Shown one piece after another: positions 47,867-60,473 of a stretch of 64,000 bases of DNA. Every line of letters starts with the position of its first letter. Position 1 is the first letter of the stretch. A program made the translations under genes and the position numbers. Under the pieces are notes generated by a model that was given only the letters and a program-made list of their open reading frames with translations, was not told the origin of the DNA and did no database searches. The DNA is from Thermoplasmata archaeon (GTDB taxonomy: Archaea; Thermoplasmatota; Thermoplasmata; Lutacidiplasmatales; UBA184): contig DASRSW010000062.1 of the NCBI GenBank assembly GCA_035656275.1, positions 986 to 64,985 of the forward strand, given 5' to 3'.

Positions 47867-48897
47867 CCCCGCCCCCCCGTCGCGCAATCGTCGCCACGTG
47901 GTACGGCGCGTTCCTGTTGGAGGGGGGAGAGGTTCGGCGTTCCGAACTGTCGCCCACGGAGCCCGCGGAGCTCTTCGCCCGAGCCAAGACCCGGCTCGGT
48001 GGGGGCCTCACCGAAGAAGAGCACCGACTTCTCGAGGGAGTACCTCGGGAGGGTCTGGTGAGCCGAGACCGACGGTTCGAATCCGAAGGGGTCCGCTGGG
48101 CGCCGGTCGCGGCCGACGCCCCGGCCGCGGAAGGGCTGGGCTTCGCGGCAGCCCTCCACCGTGAGGTGCTCCTGGCCTCTGCGGCCGAGGCGCTGCGCAG
48201 CGCATGGGACCCCTCCATCCACGTGGAAGAGGCCGTCCGGGCCTCGGCCGACCTCGACCGGGTGCTGAATCTCGTGGCGGAGCGCCTGACCGGGTGGGCG
48301 GGACGGGATGCGATCGTCACCGACCTTGCGCTCTCCGATGACCCCCGACGCGTCGCCCGGGAGATCGTCGACGGCTCCTGGGGGTCCGCTTCCGAGCTCC
48401 CGCGCCTGGACGCGGCGCTTACCGAGGGGCGACGCGCGCTGGCACGGCTCTACCTAGAGGCGCTTTCCGCCCGGGACGCCCTGGACGCCGCGGTCGTGGC
48501 GACGCTTCCGCGCCGCGCACCGAACCTGTCGGCCCTTTTGGGACCCGACCTCGCCGCCCGGCTGATCAGCCACGCCGGCGGCCTCGAACGCCTCGCGCGT
48601 CTCCCCGCGAGCACCGTGCAGGTGCTGGGGGCCGAGCGGGCCTTCTTCGAGCATCTCCGGGGGCGGGGCAGCTCTCCGCGCCACGGTCTGCTGTTCCTGC
48701 ACCCGAAGGTGCAGTCCGCCCGGCGGCCGGAACGCGGCAAGCTGGCCCGCGCCTTAGCCGGAAAGACCTCCATCGCCGCCCGGCTGGACTTCGCCGGTGC
48801 GGCCCTTAGGCCCGAGCTCGCTGCCTCCTTCGAGGCGCGCGCCAAGGCGATCCGCGCAAGCCCCCGGTCCCGGGAGCGCGGGCGAAAGGCCCCCTAG
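47863..48897 (+). CDS. nop5: Nop5/Nop56/58 family C/D-box RNP protein
   Basis: APNLSALLGPDLAARLISHAGGLERLARLPASTVQVLGAE, PRHG, GKLARALAGK...AARLD. Confidence 0.88.
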   Translation: MTPPPRRAIVATWYGAFLLEGGEVRRSELSPTEPAELFARAKTRLGGGLTEEEHRLLEGVPREGLVSRDRRFESEGVRWAPVAADAPAAEGLGFAAALHREVLLASAAEALRSAWDPSIHVEEAVRASADLDRVLNLVAERLTGWAGRDAIVTDLALSDDPRRVAREIVDGSWGSASELPRLDAALTEGRRALARLYLEALSARDALDAAVVATLPRRAPNLSALLGPDLAARLISHAGGLERLARLPASTVQVLGAERAFFEHLRGRGSSPRHGLLFLHPKVQSARRPERGKLARALAGKTSIAARLDFAGAALRPELAASFEARAKAIRASPRSRERGRKAP

Positions 48898-49445
48898 GGC
48901 TTCCACTTGACCGAGCAGCCCAGCACGGGCAGTTCGGACTCGGCGATCGCACGCCCGTCGAGCGCCGCGTCCAGGGCTTCCACGAGGGATCGTCGATGGA
49001 CGGCCCCGGGGTCCCGGTGATTGTCGTCGATGCGCCCCTGGTAGAGGAGGCGTCGGTCGGGACCGAACAGCATCGGGTGGGGCGTCACCAGGGCCCCGTA
49101 GGAATGGGCGACCTGCTGGCTCTCATCGCGCAAGTACGGGAACGGATACCCTTTCTCCCGCGCCCGTTCGACCATCCGCTCGAAGCGGTCGTCAGGGTAG
49201 GCCTCGTCGTCATTCGGGTTGATGAGCACGACCTGGACCCCTTTCGGCCCGTAGCGGCGGCCGATGTCGATCATCCGCTCCTCCCACGCCTGGACATACG
49301 GACAGTGGTTGCACCAGAACACGACCAGGAGGAAGCGGGAAGCTGCGAAGTCGGGAAGGCTGTGCGTCTCTCCATCGACGCCCGGCAGCGAGAACGGCGG
49401 GGCACGCGACCCGGGATGCAGCGAGTACGTCGAGAGTTCGGCCAT
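48894..49445 (-). CDS. Thioredoxin-fold redoxin (AhpC/TSA-like)
   Basis: FWCNHCPYV, YQGRIDD, GCSVKW. Confidence 0.92.
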   Translation of the reverse strand: MAELSTYSLHPGSRAPPFSLPGVDGETHSLPDFAASRFLLVVFWCNHCPYVQAWEERMIDIGRRYGPKGVQVVLINPNDDEAYPDDRFERMVERAREKGYPFPYLRDESQQVAHSYGALVTPHPMLFGPDRRLLYQGRIDDNHRDPGAVHRRSLVEALDAALDGRAIAESELPVLGCSVKWKP

Positions 49446-49532
49446 CGTTCTCCCGTCTGGCGAGGGGAGCCTTAGCGTTTCCGAAGCGGGGGAGAGGGTT
49501 TTCCGCCGGTCGCCCCCTGGGGAGGTGGGGCC

Positions 49533-50195
49533 GTGTATCGGGTTCGCGAGGAGGGGTGGCTCGACGCCGCCGAGAACCTGCGGCGGGACGAGGCGCTCCT
49601 GGCCCAGGGCTCGCCCGCCGCTAGAGTCGCCCGGCTGAGGGGCCCGGTCGTTTCCCTGGGGGTGGCTCAGCCCGCCGGGTCCCTGGTCTACGGGCGGGCC
49701 GAGAGGGAGGGGCTTCCGTTGGTCCGTCGCAGGTCCGGGGGAACCGGGCTCCTCCACCTGGAGGGGGACCTGGTCTGGTCGGTCGTCCTGCCTCGACCGG
49801 ACCCTCGCGTGGGACGCGATTATTCCCGCGCGTACGCGCGGCTGGGGGATCCCCTCGTGACCACCCTCCGCGGATTCAGAATTGCCGCGGCGTGGTCCCC
49901 CCCGATCGGGGTGTCGACCGAATTCTGTCTCCTCGCCCCGCGGGGGCAGGCCCTCTGCGTCGGCGAGAGGGTCCTCGGGGGAGCCGCGCAGCATGTGACG
50001 CATCGGGCGCTGCTCCACCACGGCACGCTCAGCGTGCGGGTCGACCGCCCCCGGCTCTCCACCCTTTTCGCGGTCGCACCGAGCATCCTGGAGCGCCACG
50101 TGACCGCTCTTTCCGAGTTGTCCGGGGCTCCCGAAGCGGAAGTCGTGGCCACGACGCTACGGGCCAACCTAGAATCTTGGCTAGGCCCGCCTTAG
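49533..50195 (+). CDS. Lipoate-protein ligase A family protein
   Basis: LVRRRSGGTGLLH, GAAQ, LHHGTL. Confidence 0.82.
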   Translation: MYRVREEGWLDAAENLRRDEALLAQGSPAARVARLRGPVVSLGVAQPAGSLVYGRAEREGLPLVRRRSGGTGLLHLEGDLVWSVVLPRPDPRVGRDYSRAYARLGDPLVTTLRGFRIAAAWSPPIGVSTEFCLLAPRGQALCVGERVLGGAAQHVTHRALLHHGTLSVRVDRPRLSTLFAVAPSILERHVTALSELSGAPEAEVVATTLRANLESWLGPP

Positions 50196-51505
50196 CGCGG
50201 CGCGCTGGGACGGGCGGCCCAAAGCGCCTCGGCGGCGGTCTCGGCGCGCTCGCGCAGATCCTTCCAATCGGCCCGAACGAGGTGCCGGTGCTCCACCACG
50301 GGGCTCCCGTCCACGTAGACCGCGTCGACGGCTTCCTCGCTCATCGCGTACGCCACGTGTGACACGATCGCCTCCGGACGGGCCGGAACGAGGGTGGGGT
50401 GGTCGAGCCGGGCGAGGAGGAGGTCTGCCCGCTTCCCGACCTCGAGCGAGCCGATCTCCTGCTCCGCCCCGAGGATCCGCGCCCCCTCGATCGTCGCGAG
50501 GTCGAGGAGCACGGGGGCGGGAAGCGCCGCCGCATCCCAGCGGTGGTGCTTCTGCAGCAGGCCCGCGACGTGCATCTCCCGCAGCATCGAGAGCGCATTG
50601 TTCGACGCGACGGAATCGGTGCCGAGGCCGACCCGGGCACCGGCGTCCCTCAGCTCCACGACAGGGGCAACGCCGCCCGTCGCGAGCTTCAGGTTCGAGC
50701 TCGGGCAGTGGGCGACGCCCACCTTCCGCTCCGCGAGGAGCTGGATCTCCCGGCGGGTGAGCCAGACCCCGTGGGCCGCCACCTGGCCGGGTCCCAGAAA
50801 TCCGATCGACTCGAGCCAGATCGCCGGTCGCTCCCCGGTCTTCGCCTCGTGCTCGTGCACCTCGCGCCGGGTCTCCGAAAGATGGTAGTGGACGAGGGTG
50901 CCGGACCGCTCCGCGAGCTCCTTCGCGCCGAGCCAGGTCTCCCGGCCACAGACGTAGACGCCCTGGGGCGCGACCAGCGGGTGGACCCGATCATCGCTCT
51001 TCCAGCGCTCGAGGAAGCCCCGCGCATTGTCGAGGGGCCGGCCCTTCTGCGTCGTGAGCTCGGGGTCGAGGACGGCCCATCCGAGGTAGCCGCGGATCCC
51101 GAGGGTGCGGACGGCGCGGGCGACGGCATCCTCCCCGTAGTAGAGGTCGAGGAACGTCGTCGTCCCCGAGAGGAGCATTTCCGCAATGCCCGCGGCCGCA
51201 CCGGCCTCGATGTCCGCCTCCGTGCGGCGCGCGTCGACGGCGAACAGCGTCTCCAGGAACCCGGCCAGGTCCCGGTCGTCCGCGATCCCTCTCAGGAGCG
51301 ACATCGCCACGTGCGCGTGCGTGTTGACGAACCCCGGGAGGAGGGCGTACCCCTCCGCCTCCACCACCTGGGCGCCCTCCGTGGGCGCGTGCCCGCCGAC
51401 GTGCGTGATCCGGTGGCCGTCGACGCGAAGGTCCCCGCGCACGACGCGGCGGGCGGGGTCCTGGGTGACGAGGAGCCCGCCCCGGAAGACCGTCGAGGAC
51501 GTCAT
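50192..51505 (-). CDS. Amidohydrolase (MTA/SAH or 5'-deoxyadenosine deaminase-like)
   Basis: NTHAH, HLSET, AAHGVW, HCPSSNLKLA, LGTD. Confidence 0.9.
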   Translation of the reverse strand: MTSSTVFRGGLLVTQDPARRVVRGDLRVDGHRITHVGGHAPTEGAQVVEAEGYALLPGFVNTHAHVAMSLLRGIADDRDLAGFLETLFAVDARRTEADIEAGAAAGIAEMLLSGTTTFLDLYYGEDAVARAVRTLGIRGYLGWAVLDPELTTQKGRPLDNARGFLERWKSDDRVHPLVAPQGVYVCGRETWLGAKELAERSGTLVHYHLSETRREVHEHEAKTGERPAIWLESIGFLGPGQVAAHGVWLTRREIQLLAERKVGVAHCPSSNLKLATGGVAPVVELRDAGARVGLGTDSVASNNALSMLREMHVAGLLQKHHRWDAAALPAPVLLDLATIEGARILGAEQEIGSLEVGKRADLLLARLDHPTLVPARPEAIVSHVAYAMSEEAVDAVYVDGSPVVEHRHLVRADWKDLRERAETAAEALWAARPSAPR

Positions 51506-51532
51506 CGCCGACGCGGGCGAGTCGGGGTGGGA

Positions 51533-52492
51533 CTAAAGACGTTGCGACTCGCGGGGCGGCTCGCCCGACGGAACGTCCGGTTCCATCTCGGGAAGGTCGC
51601 GGACCCCCTCCGAGGCCCGGGCCTCGTAGGCGGGCAGCCCCGCGAGGATCGTGCGCACCCATCGGGGACGCAGCACCAGGGCCAAGGGCACCATGGCGGT
51701 CGTCACCAGGACGAGGTCGACGACCACCCCCGGCACCCACGACGCCGACGGCATCCCGAGGATGGTGGCCGCCGTGTTGGGAAACAGGACCACCGCGCTC
51801 ACGAGGCCGAGGAGAAGCGCGATGTAGGTGAGCCCCAGCATGCGGATGTTCGAGATGTTCGCGAGCGCCGCGATCCGATTGGAGACCTTCGAGAGCCGGT
51901 TCGCCGCCTCCGCGATCCGGTTGGATTCCTCCGCGTTTCTCAGCAGGATGAGGTCCGAGAGCGACTGCTGGAGGTTCGCGCACAGCTGCTGCACCCGCCC
52001 CAGCTCGCCCTCAAGGGAGGGAAGCGCGGCGGAGAGCCCCGGGAAGGCGGCCCCGAACGGGCCCGCGAGCTCGGCGAGGGCGACCAGGCTGCGGCCGATC
52101 TGGGCGCGCAGCAGCGCGGCCCGCCGTTGGAGCCGCCAGACGTCGGGGAGGGGGACGGTGCGTCCGCGCTGCTGCGCCTCGCTCAGCTGCTGGTCCAGCT
52201 CCTCGATGCGCTCGAGGTAGTTCCGGGCGACGTCGACGATCGTGTCGAAGAGCTGGGCCGCGGGACCCGTGAGGCGATGGCTGCGGGAGGCGCCGTGGCT
52301 CTCGGCGGGGACCCCCAGGAACTGGAGGCCGGAAGGAGTGATCCACACCCCGCTCCAGAGGAGGCCCCCATCCGCGGCCGGTCGGCCGAAGGTGACGAGC
52401 GTCTCCCCGTTGCCGTGGAGGACCGGGTGGCGGACGACGTCCGCTTCCGAGCGACCCACCGCCGCGAGGGCGGGGACGAGGGAGGAGGCCAT
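51533..52492 (-). CDS. CorA-like membrane protein (divergent)
   Basis: Long stalk helices then two C-terminal TM segments; ILGMP in place of GMN. Confidence 0.6.
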   Translation of the reverse strand: MASSLVPALAAVGRSEADVVRHPVLHGNGETLVTFGRPAADGGLLWSGVWITPSGLQFLGVPAESHGASRSHRLTGPAAQLFDTIVDVARNYLERIEELDQQLSEAQQRGRTVPLPDVWRLQRRAALLRAQIGRSLVALAELAGPFGAAFPGLSAALPSLEGELGRVQQLCANLQQSLSDLILLRNAEESNRIAEAANRLSKVSNRIAALANISNIRMLGLTYIALLLGLVSAVVLFPNTAATILGMPSASWVPGVVVDLVLVTTAMVPLALVLRPRWVRTILAGLPAYEARASEGVRDLPEMEPDVPSGEPPRESQRL

Positions 52493-52514
52493 TGCGCCCG
52501 GGTTCTCCGATCCC

Positions 52515-55242
<2,728 letters not shown>

Positions 55243-55254
55243 AAGGGAACGAAG

Positions 55255-56562
55255 ATGGAACGATCGTCCGAGATCTCCGGGTTCTACAAGCGAAGCGTCG
55301 AGGAGCGCCGCCAGGTCGTCCGCGAGTGGGCCGGCATCACCGAGGAGGAGGCCCGGGTCTACGACTTTCCGCCCGGGATCGACCCCACGATCCTCAATCG
55401 CATGATCGAGAACGTCGTCGGGGCATTCGCCCTACCGCTGGGCATCGCCACCCATTTCCGGATCAACGGGAAAGACTACCTCATCCCCATGGCCATCGAG
55501 GAGCCGAGCGTCGTGGCCGCCGCCTCGAACGCGGCCAAGGTGGCACGCGCGGCCGGGGGGTTTACGGCGCAGACCACGGCCCCGATCATGATCGGGCAAA
55601 TCCAGGTCATGGACGTGCCCGACCCCGCCGCGGCTCGGCTGCGAATCCTCGCGGAATGCGACCGCCTCCTTGAGGCGGCGAACACAAAGGACCCGATGCT
55701 GGTCAAGTTCGGAGGAGGCGCCCGAGACCTCGAGGTCCGAGTCCTGGCCTCTCCCCGGGGTCCGATCCTCGTCGCCCACCTCCTCGTCGATGCCCGCGAC
55801 GCGGGGGGGATGAACGCCGTGAACACCATGTGCGAGGCCTTGGCCCCGGAGGTCGCCCGGCTGGCCGGCGGTCGCTCCGTGCTCCGCATCATCTCGAACC
55901 TCGCCGTCTACCGGCTTGCCCGCGCTTCGGCCACGTTCCCGCGCGCGGCGCTTGCGACGCCCGAGGCGACGGGGGAGCAGGTCGTGGAGGCCGTGCTGGA
56001 CGCGTACACGCTCGCCGCCGTGGACCCGTTCCGCTGCGCGACGCACAACAAAGGAATCATGAACGGGATCTCCGCCGTCGTCGTGGCGACGGGGAACGAT
56101 TTCCGCGCCATCGAGAGCGGGGCGCACACCTACGCCGCCTTCCAGGCCCGCGAGGGGGGTGTCGTGAAACCGCTGACGACCTACGAGAAGAACCGGAATG
56201 GGGACCTGGTGGGCACGATCGAGCTTCCCATCGCGGTCGGGCTCATCGGCGGGGCGACGGCCGTCCACCCGACGGCGAAGGCGAACGTGAAGCTCCTGGG
56301 CGTCAAGGGCGCACAGGAGCTCGCCCAGGTCCTCGCCGCCGTCGGCCTCGCCCAGAACTTCTCCGCGCTGCGCGCGCTCGTCACGGAAGGGATCCAGCGG
56401 GGGCATATGGAACTCCACGCGCGGAACATCGCCGCCACGGCCGGGGCCAAACCCGAGGAGGTCGATGCCGTGGTCGCGCGTCTCGTGGCGGAGCACGCGA
56501 TCCGCATCGACCGGGCCCGGGAGATCCTGGGCGAGCTTCGCCAGGCCGCCGCCACCCGATGA
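55255..56562 (+). CDS. mvaA: Hydroxymethylglutaryl-CoA reductase, class II
   Basis: MIENVVG, EEPSVVAAAS, DAGGMN, THNKGIMNG, GIQRGHMELHAR. Confidence 0.95.
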   Translation: MERSSEISGFYKRSVEERRQVVREWAGITEEEARVYDFPPGIDPTILNRMIENVVGAFALPLGIATHFRINGKDYLIPMAIEEPSVVAAASNAAKVARAAGGFTAQTTAPIMIGQIQVMDVPDPAAARLRILAECDRLLEAANTKDPMLVKFGGGARDLEVRVLASPRGPILVAHLLVDARDAGGMNAVNTMCEALAPEVARLAGGRSVLRIISNLAVYRLARASATFPRAALATPEATGEQVVEAVLDAYTLAAVDPFRCATHNKGIMNGISAVVVATGNDFRAIESGAHTYAAFQAREGGVVKPLTTYEKNRNGDLVGTIELPIAVGLIGGATAVHPTAKANVKLLGVKGAQELAQVLAAVGLAQNFSALRALVTEGIQRGHMELHARNIAATAGAKPEEVDAVVARLVAEHAIRIDRAREILGELRQAAATR

Positions 56563-57221
56563 AGGTCGGGGTCCTCGCCCTCCAGGGGGACGTACCGGAA
56601 CATGTGGCCGCGCTCCGCCACCTGCTCCCCCCGGAATCCGTCGTACCGGTACGGACGGTCTCCGACCTCGACCGGGTCGTTGCCCTCTTCCTACCGGGGG
56701 GCGAGAGCACCACCATCGGCCGGCTCCTCGAACACGCGGGGCTCGACACCGCGCTGCGCGAGCGGGGCTCGAAGGGGTTCCCCATCCTCGCGACGTGCGC
56801 GGGGCTCATCCTGATCTCCGGGGAGCTCGAGCCCAGCCCCGGCGGGCGCGACCCGCACCCCCTGGGACTGCTCGACGTCCGGGTGCGACGCAACGACTAC
56901 GGGCGACAGCGGGAGTCGTTCGAAGGGCCGGTCACGGTGAGCGGCCTCGACACCCCCTTTCCCGGGGTCTTCATCCGCGCCCCGCGCATCCTCAAGGTCG
57001 GCCCGGGGGCCCAGCCGCTCGCCCTCCACGGAGAGGAGGTCGTCGGGGTCCGGCAAGGGCATCTCTGGGGCCTGACGTTCCACCCCGAACTCTCCGGCGA
57101 CCCCCGGTTGCACGCGCTCTTCCTCGCGGAGACGCTCGGCTTCCTTCAGCCGGCTACGGCGAGGGCGAAGAGCACAGCCACCAGCAGCAGGGCGACCCCG
57201 ACCAGGACGGCGAGCCAGTAG
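56559..57221 (+). CDS. pdxT: Pyridoxal 5'-phosphate synthase glutaminase subunit
   Basis: GVLALQG, PGGEST, TCAG, RNDYGRQRESF, FIRAP, FHPEL. Confidence 0.95.
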   Translation: MKVGVLALQGDVPEHVAALRHLLPPESVVPVRTVSDLDRVVALFLPGGESTTIGRLLEHAGLDTALRERGSKGFPILATCAGLILISGELEPSPGGRDPHPLGLLDVRVRRNDYGRQRESFEGPVTVSGLDTPFPGVFIRAPRILKVGPGAQPLALHGEEVVGVRQGHLWGLTFHPELSGDPRLHALFLAETLGFLQPATARAKSTATSSRATPTRTASQ

Positions 57222-57619
57222 ACCGCCCGGGCCGGGTGCTTCCAGCCGCCGAAGAAGAGCGGGAAGGGACCGAGCAGCAGGACTCCGCCCGATCCGCCCG
57301 ACGGGCGGGAGCCGTCGCGCGCGCCTAGCGGGGAACGCGGCGCCGGCGGGCCTTCTTCTTCGGACCTCGAGGCCAACACCAGCGGTAGGCTGAACAATCC
57401 CAGCAGAAGGACGAGAATCCCCAGGAGGAAGAGGGGGGAGCTCCCGCTCACCACGGGAATCACGAGGAACAGCGACAGCGTCGCTTCTCCGCGCACGATC
57501 GCCTCGGCGGTGAGTCCGGCTCCAGCGGCGAGGAGGGCCAGCGGTAGCGCGCGGAGGGGCAGCGACACCGCCCTCGCCGTCCGGCGTTGGGGCAGCGAGG
57601 ACCGCGGGGCCATCCTCAC
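57146..57619 (-). CDS. DUF131-like archaeal membrane protein
   Basis: GGVLLLGPFPLFFG motif flanked by TM segments. Confidence 0.75.
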   Translation of the reverse strand: MRMAPRSSLPQRRTARAVSLPLRALPLALLAAGAGLTAEAIVRGEATLSLFLVIPVVSGSSPLFLLGILVLLLGLFSLPLVLASRSEEEGPPAPRSPLGARDGSRPSGGSGGVLLLGPFPLFFGGWKHPARAVYWLAVLVGVALLLVAVLFALAVAG

Positions 57620-57633
57620 CCGAACTCACGTCC

Positions 57634-58428
57634 TTACTTCGGACGCCGGGTACCCAGCGGACCCCGTTGCCCCCACCGTCGGCGTTCCCACAGGACGGCG
57701 CCGGCGACGGTCGCACCGCCGACGGCCCACAAGGCCGACGCGATCCACCAGCCGTTGATTGAAGCGACCCCGGGACTTTGATTTGGCTGCGTACCCTCGA
57801 ATCCCCCCGGCCCCTTGGAGGAGAAACTCGGACCCACCTGAGTGATCGGCCCCTGGATCGCACCACTGGTCGCGTTGGCCGACCAGTACTCCTGATAGCT
57901 GCACTCCCCGGACCCCCAGGTCCCGTTGGAGGGGCAGGTGTCGGTCCAGAAGAAGCCGAACGACACGAAGATCGCACCCGTCCGCGTGTTGCCGCCTCCA
58001 CCGAGCGAAAAGTTCTGGACTCCGACGCTCCCCAGCAGCCGGACGAACTCCGGGAGCGGGCAGACCTGGGCGAACAGCTGGGCGACCCGGCCGTCGGTCA
58101 GATTGGGCAAGGGGGGGAACATGGGAGGAATCGTTCCGTTGGTTCCGGGCATCGGAGGTGGACCCCCAGAAAAGTTTGCCTGGCCGGTGGTGCCGTTGGA
58201 CCCGTTAAACGCCGGGAAACCCGGAAAGAACGAGGTGTTGGACGTCACGTTCAGCAGCATCGGGTACACCGCACCGACCTGGTCGCAGGCGGGTACCACC
58301 TCCGGCGCCGCGCCCGCGGAACCGGTACCGGTTGCCATCGCCGTTCCAATCACCGCACAGAACGACAGCGCGAGGACGAGCACGCCCGCCGGGTGCCCCG
58401 CCTCGACGGCCTGGGCCCTACCGAGCAT
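57634..58428 (-). CDS. Secreted or membrane-anchored hypothetical glycoprotein
   Basis: N-terminal signal-like segment, many N-x-S/T sites, Cys pairs, C-terminal TM with basic tail. Confidence 0.7.
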   Translation of the reverse strand: MLGRAQAVEAGHPAGVLVLALSFCAVIGTAMATGTGSAGAAPEVVPACDQVGAVYPMLLNVTSNTSFFPGFPAFNGSNGTTGQANFSGGPPPMPGTNGTIPPMFPPLPNLTDGRVAQLFAQVCPLPEFVRLLGSVGVQNFSLGGGGNTRTGAIFVSFGFFWTDTCPSNGTWGSGECSYQEYWSANATSGAIQGPITQVGPSFSSKGPGGFEGTQPNQSPGVASINGWWIASALWAVGGATVAGAVLWERRRWGQRGPLGTRRPK

Positions 58429-58490
58429 ACGGCCTCCGTAGGGTCGTAAGGGGCCGCGAGGAATATCAGCCCTCGCTCCGCGTCGCCGTC

Positions 58491-59570
58491 CTATCGGTAC
58501 GTGTCGAATCGATACGGGGCCAGGGGCAACTCCCCGAGGGCCATCAGGAACTCCGGCGGCGTCAATAACGGACGCGGATAGAGGGCGGAATCGTCGAGCG
58601 CGATGCGGGGACAGGCGGTGTTCACGTACGCCTCCATGTCCCGGCCCTCGAGGTCCCGCGGGTCGAGTCGGTCGAAGACGAGGATCTCCGCCTCTCGTCC
58701 TGCTCGCGCCGCCCGGCGCTGCAGCGCGAGCGCCATCGGATGCCGGTCCTGGCCGGCAAAGGACGAAGTGAGGATCCCCCAGCGCCGGGCATCGCGCACC
58801 GACGCCACCAAGAGCTGGCGGCGCCGGATGAGGGCCTCTCGATCGATGGGCTGTTCCAGGAGCTCCTGGAGCGGGTCGAGCGCCCAGACCGGGCGGTCGA
58901 CGGCGAACGCCAGTCCCAGCGGGTGAAACCGTCCCGTACCCACGAACAGGAATGCCTCCACGTCTCGTTGAATCGACTCGGCCGTCGAGTAGTTGCAGCC
59001 GAGGGCCTGGGCGGCGTAGGCCAACCGATGGTCCCCCGTCCCCGTGCGGGGGCGGTACCCGCGTTCCTCGAGGGCGCGGGAGAATTCGGGCAGCAGGTCG
59101 AGGTGCTGGACCGAGGCGACGATCCCGAGGGAGCGAGGGAGACCCGCCCGCTCCACGAGCTCGGCCATGGCTCGCGGGTCGCCCCCCGGCTCTCGCATCT
59201 CCACGAAGAACGTCGGGCGGGTCAGGTGGACGTTCGGAATCGGGGCATGCCCGAGCACGACCGCGAGCTCGGCGCCGGGGGCCTCGGAATCCGAGGGGAA
59301 GTCGCACGCCCCGAAGCAGGCTCGGGTCGCGAGGACGACGGGCTTCGCCGTTGCCTCCCGGATTTGGGCCGCCAGCCGATGGGCATTGCGCGTGAGACCC
59401 GCCGGCACCTGGAGGACCACCTTGCGCGCCGGATGACTCTGGATCGCCTCGAACAGGTCGGCGCCGACAAGGCGAAAGACACGACCCTCGGGGGTCGACG
59501 CGACCGGCGGGCTTGGGGCGTCCAGGATCTGGTCCACAGACTCGGTGGGGGGACCCGGCGGTTCGGTCAT
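58491..59570 (-). CDS. dph2: Diphthamide biosynthesis enzyme Dph2
   Basis: LQVPAGL, CFGACD, LGCN, GRFHPLG, TACPRIALDD. Confidence 0.93.
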   Translation of the reverse strand: MTEPPGPPTESVDQILDAPSPPVASTPEGRVFRLVGADLFEAIQSHPARKVVLQVPAGLTRNAHRLAAQIREATAKPVVLATRACFGACDFPSDSEAPGAELAVVLGHAPIPNVHLTRPTFFVEMREPGGDPRAMAELVERAGLPRSLGIVASVQHLDLLPEFSRALEERGYRPRTGTGDHRLAYAAQALGCNYSTAESIQRDVEAFLFVGTGRFHPLGLAFAVDRPVWALDPLQELLEQPIDREALIRRRQLLVASVRDARRWGILTSSFAGQDRHPMALALQRRAARAGREAEILVFDRLDPRDLEGRDMEAYVNTACPRIALDDSALYPRPLLTPPEFLMALGELPLAPYRFDTYR

Positions 59571-60058
59571 GGGACCTGACCGGCGCGGTCGCTGACGGCC
59601 GGTGCCCCGAGGCCCGGCTTCGCGGAATCCTTCGAGATGCGCTGACCGAGCCGGCGAAGGGCCTCTTGGTTGTCCGGATAATGGAGCCGTTCGAGGGCGA
59701 CGGCCTGGGGGACCCACGCATAAGCGACATGCTCCGGGCTCAAGCGCGGCGGAGCGGGGTCGGGAAGCTCCACTCCGTACGCGTGGAGCCGCCAGGGGCG
59801 GCCATCCGGACCCGTAAACGGCACGTGCCAGTCGAGCGAGAAGGGATCTTCGTACGTGCGGAACCCCGTTTCTTCCGTAAGCTCGCGCCGCAACGCCGCG
59901 ACAAAGTCGGCGTCCGTCGGCTCGACCTTTCCGCTGACGGGCACCCAGATCGAGCCCCGGGCCGGAGGGCGACGCAGGAGAAGGAAGGAGAGCGGTCGCC
60001 GGACGAACAGGTACCCTTCGACGCACTCCTGGGCGATCGTTCCGGCGCTAGCCGCCAC
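59567..60058 (-). CDS. NUDIX hydrolase
   Basis: SGKVE...ALRRELTEETG; LSPEHVAYAW. Confidence 0.9.
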   Translation of the reverse strand: MAASAGTIAQECVEGYLFVRRPLSFLLLRRPPARGSIWVPVSGKVEPTDADFVAALRRELTEETGFRTYEDPFSLDWHVPFTGPDGRPWRLHAYGVELPDPAPPRLSPEHVAYAWVPQAVALERLHYPDNQEALRRLGQRISKDSAKPGLGAPAVSDRAGQVP

Positions 60059-60464
60059 CGGACCCCCGCCGTGTCAGCAGATGGAGGATCGCCTCCGCGG
60101 GCGCTCCGTCGGCGGCGCGGAGCGCCGCGAGCGCCTCCTCGCGCTCGACCCCCGCCTGCTCCATCACCAACTGGACGTCCTCCTCGGGCGGTCCCGCGGC
60201 CGCGGGGGGGGCGCTACGGGGGGGTCGTTCGGAGGCCCCTTCGGGCTCCGATCCGCGGGCACGGAGCATCGGTTGACCCACGACCTGGTAGGTGCGAACC
60301 CCCTGCACGGTAAGGATCGTGACCTCGGGACGCTCGAAGACGTGCTCCGTCGTCCGGGTCCGGACGATCACCTCCTCGACATCCTCGACGTTCTCCGTCT
60401 TCATGCCGAGACGGCGCATCATCATCTCCATCTGACGCGCGTTGCGGGGCCCCCCGGGCATCAT
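60048..60464 (-). CDS. nac: Nascent polypeptide-associated complex protein
   Basis: RQMEMMMRRLGM, VEEVIV, EEDVQLVMEQAGV...AEAIL. Confidence 0.93.
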   Translation of the reverse strand: MMPGGPRNARQMEMMMRRLGMKTENVEDVEEVIVRTRTTEHVFERPEVTILTVQGVRTYQVVGQPMLRARGSEPEGASERPPRSAPPAAAGPPEEDVQLVMEQAGVEREEALAALRAADGAPAEAILHLLTRRGSGGG

Positions 60465-60473
60465 GTTCCGCTC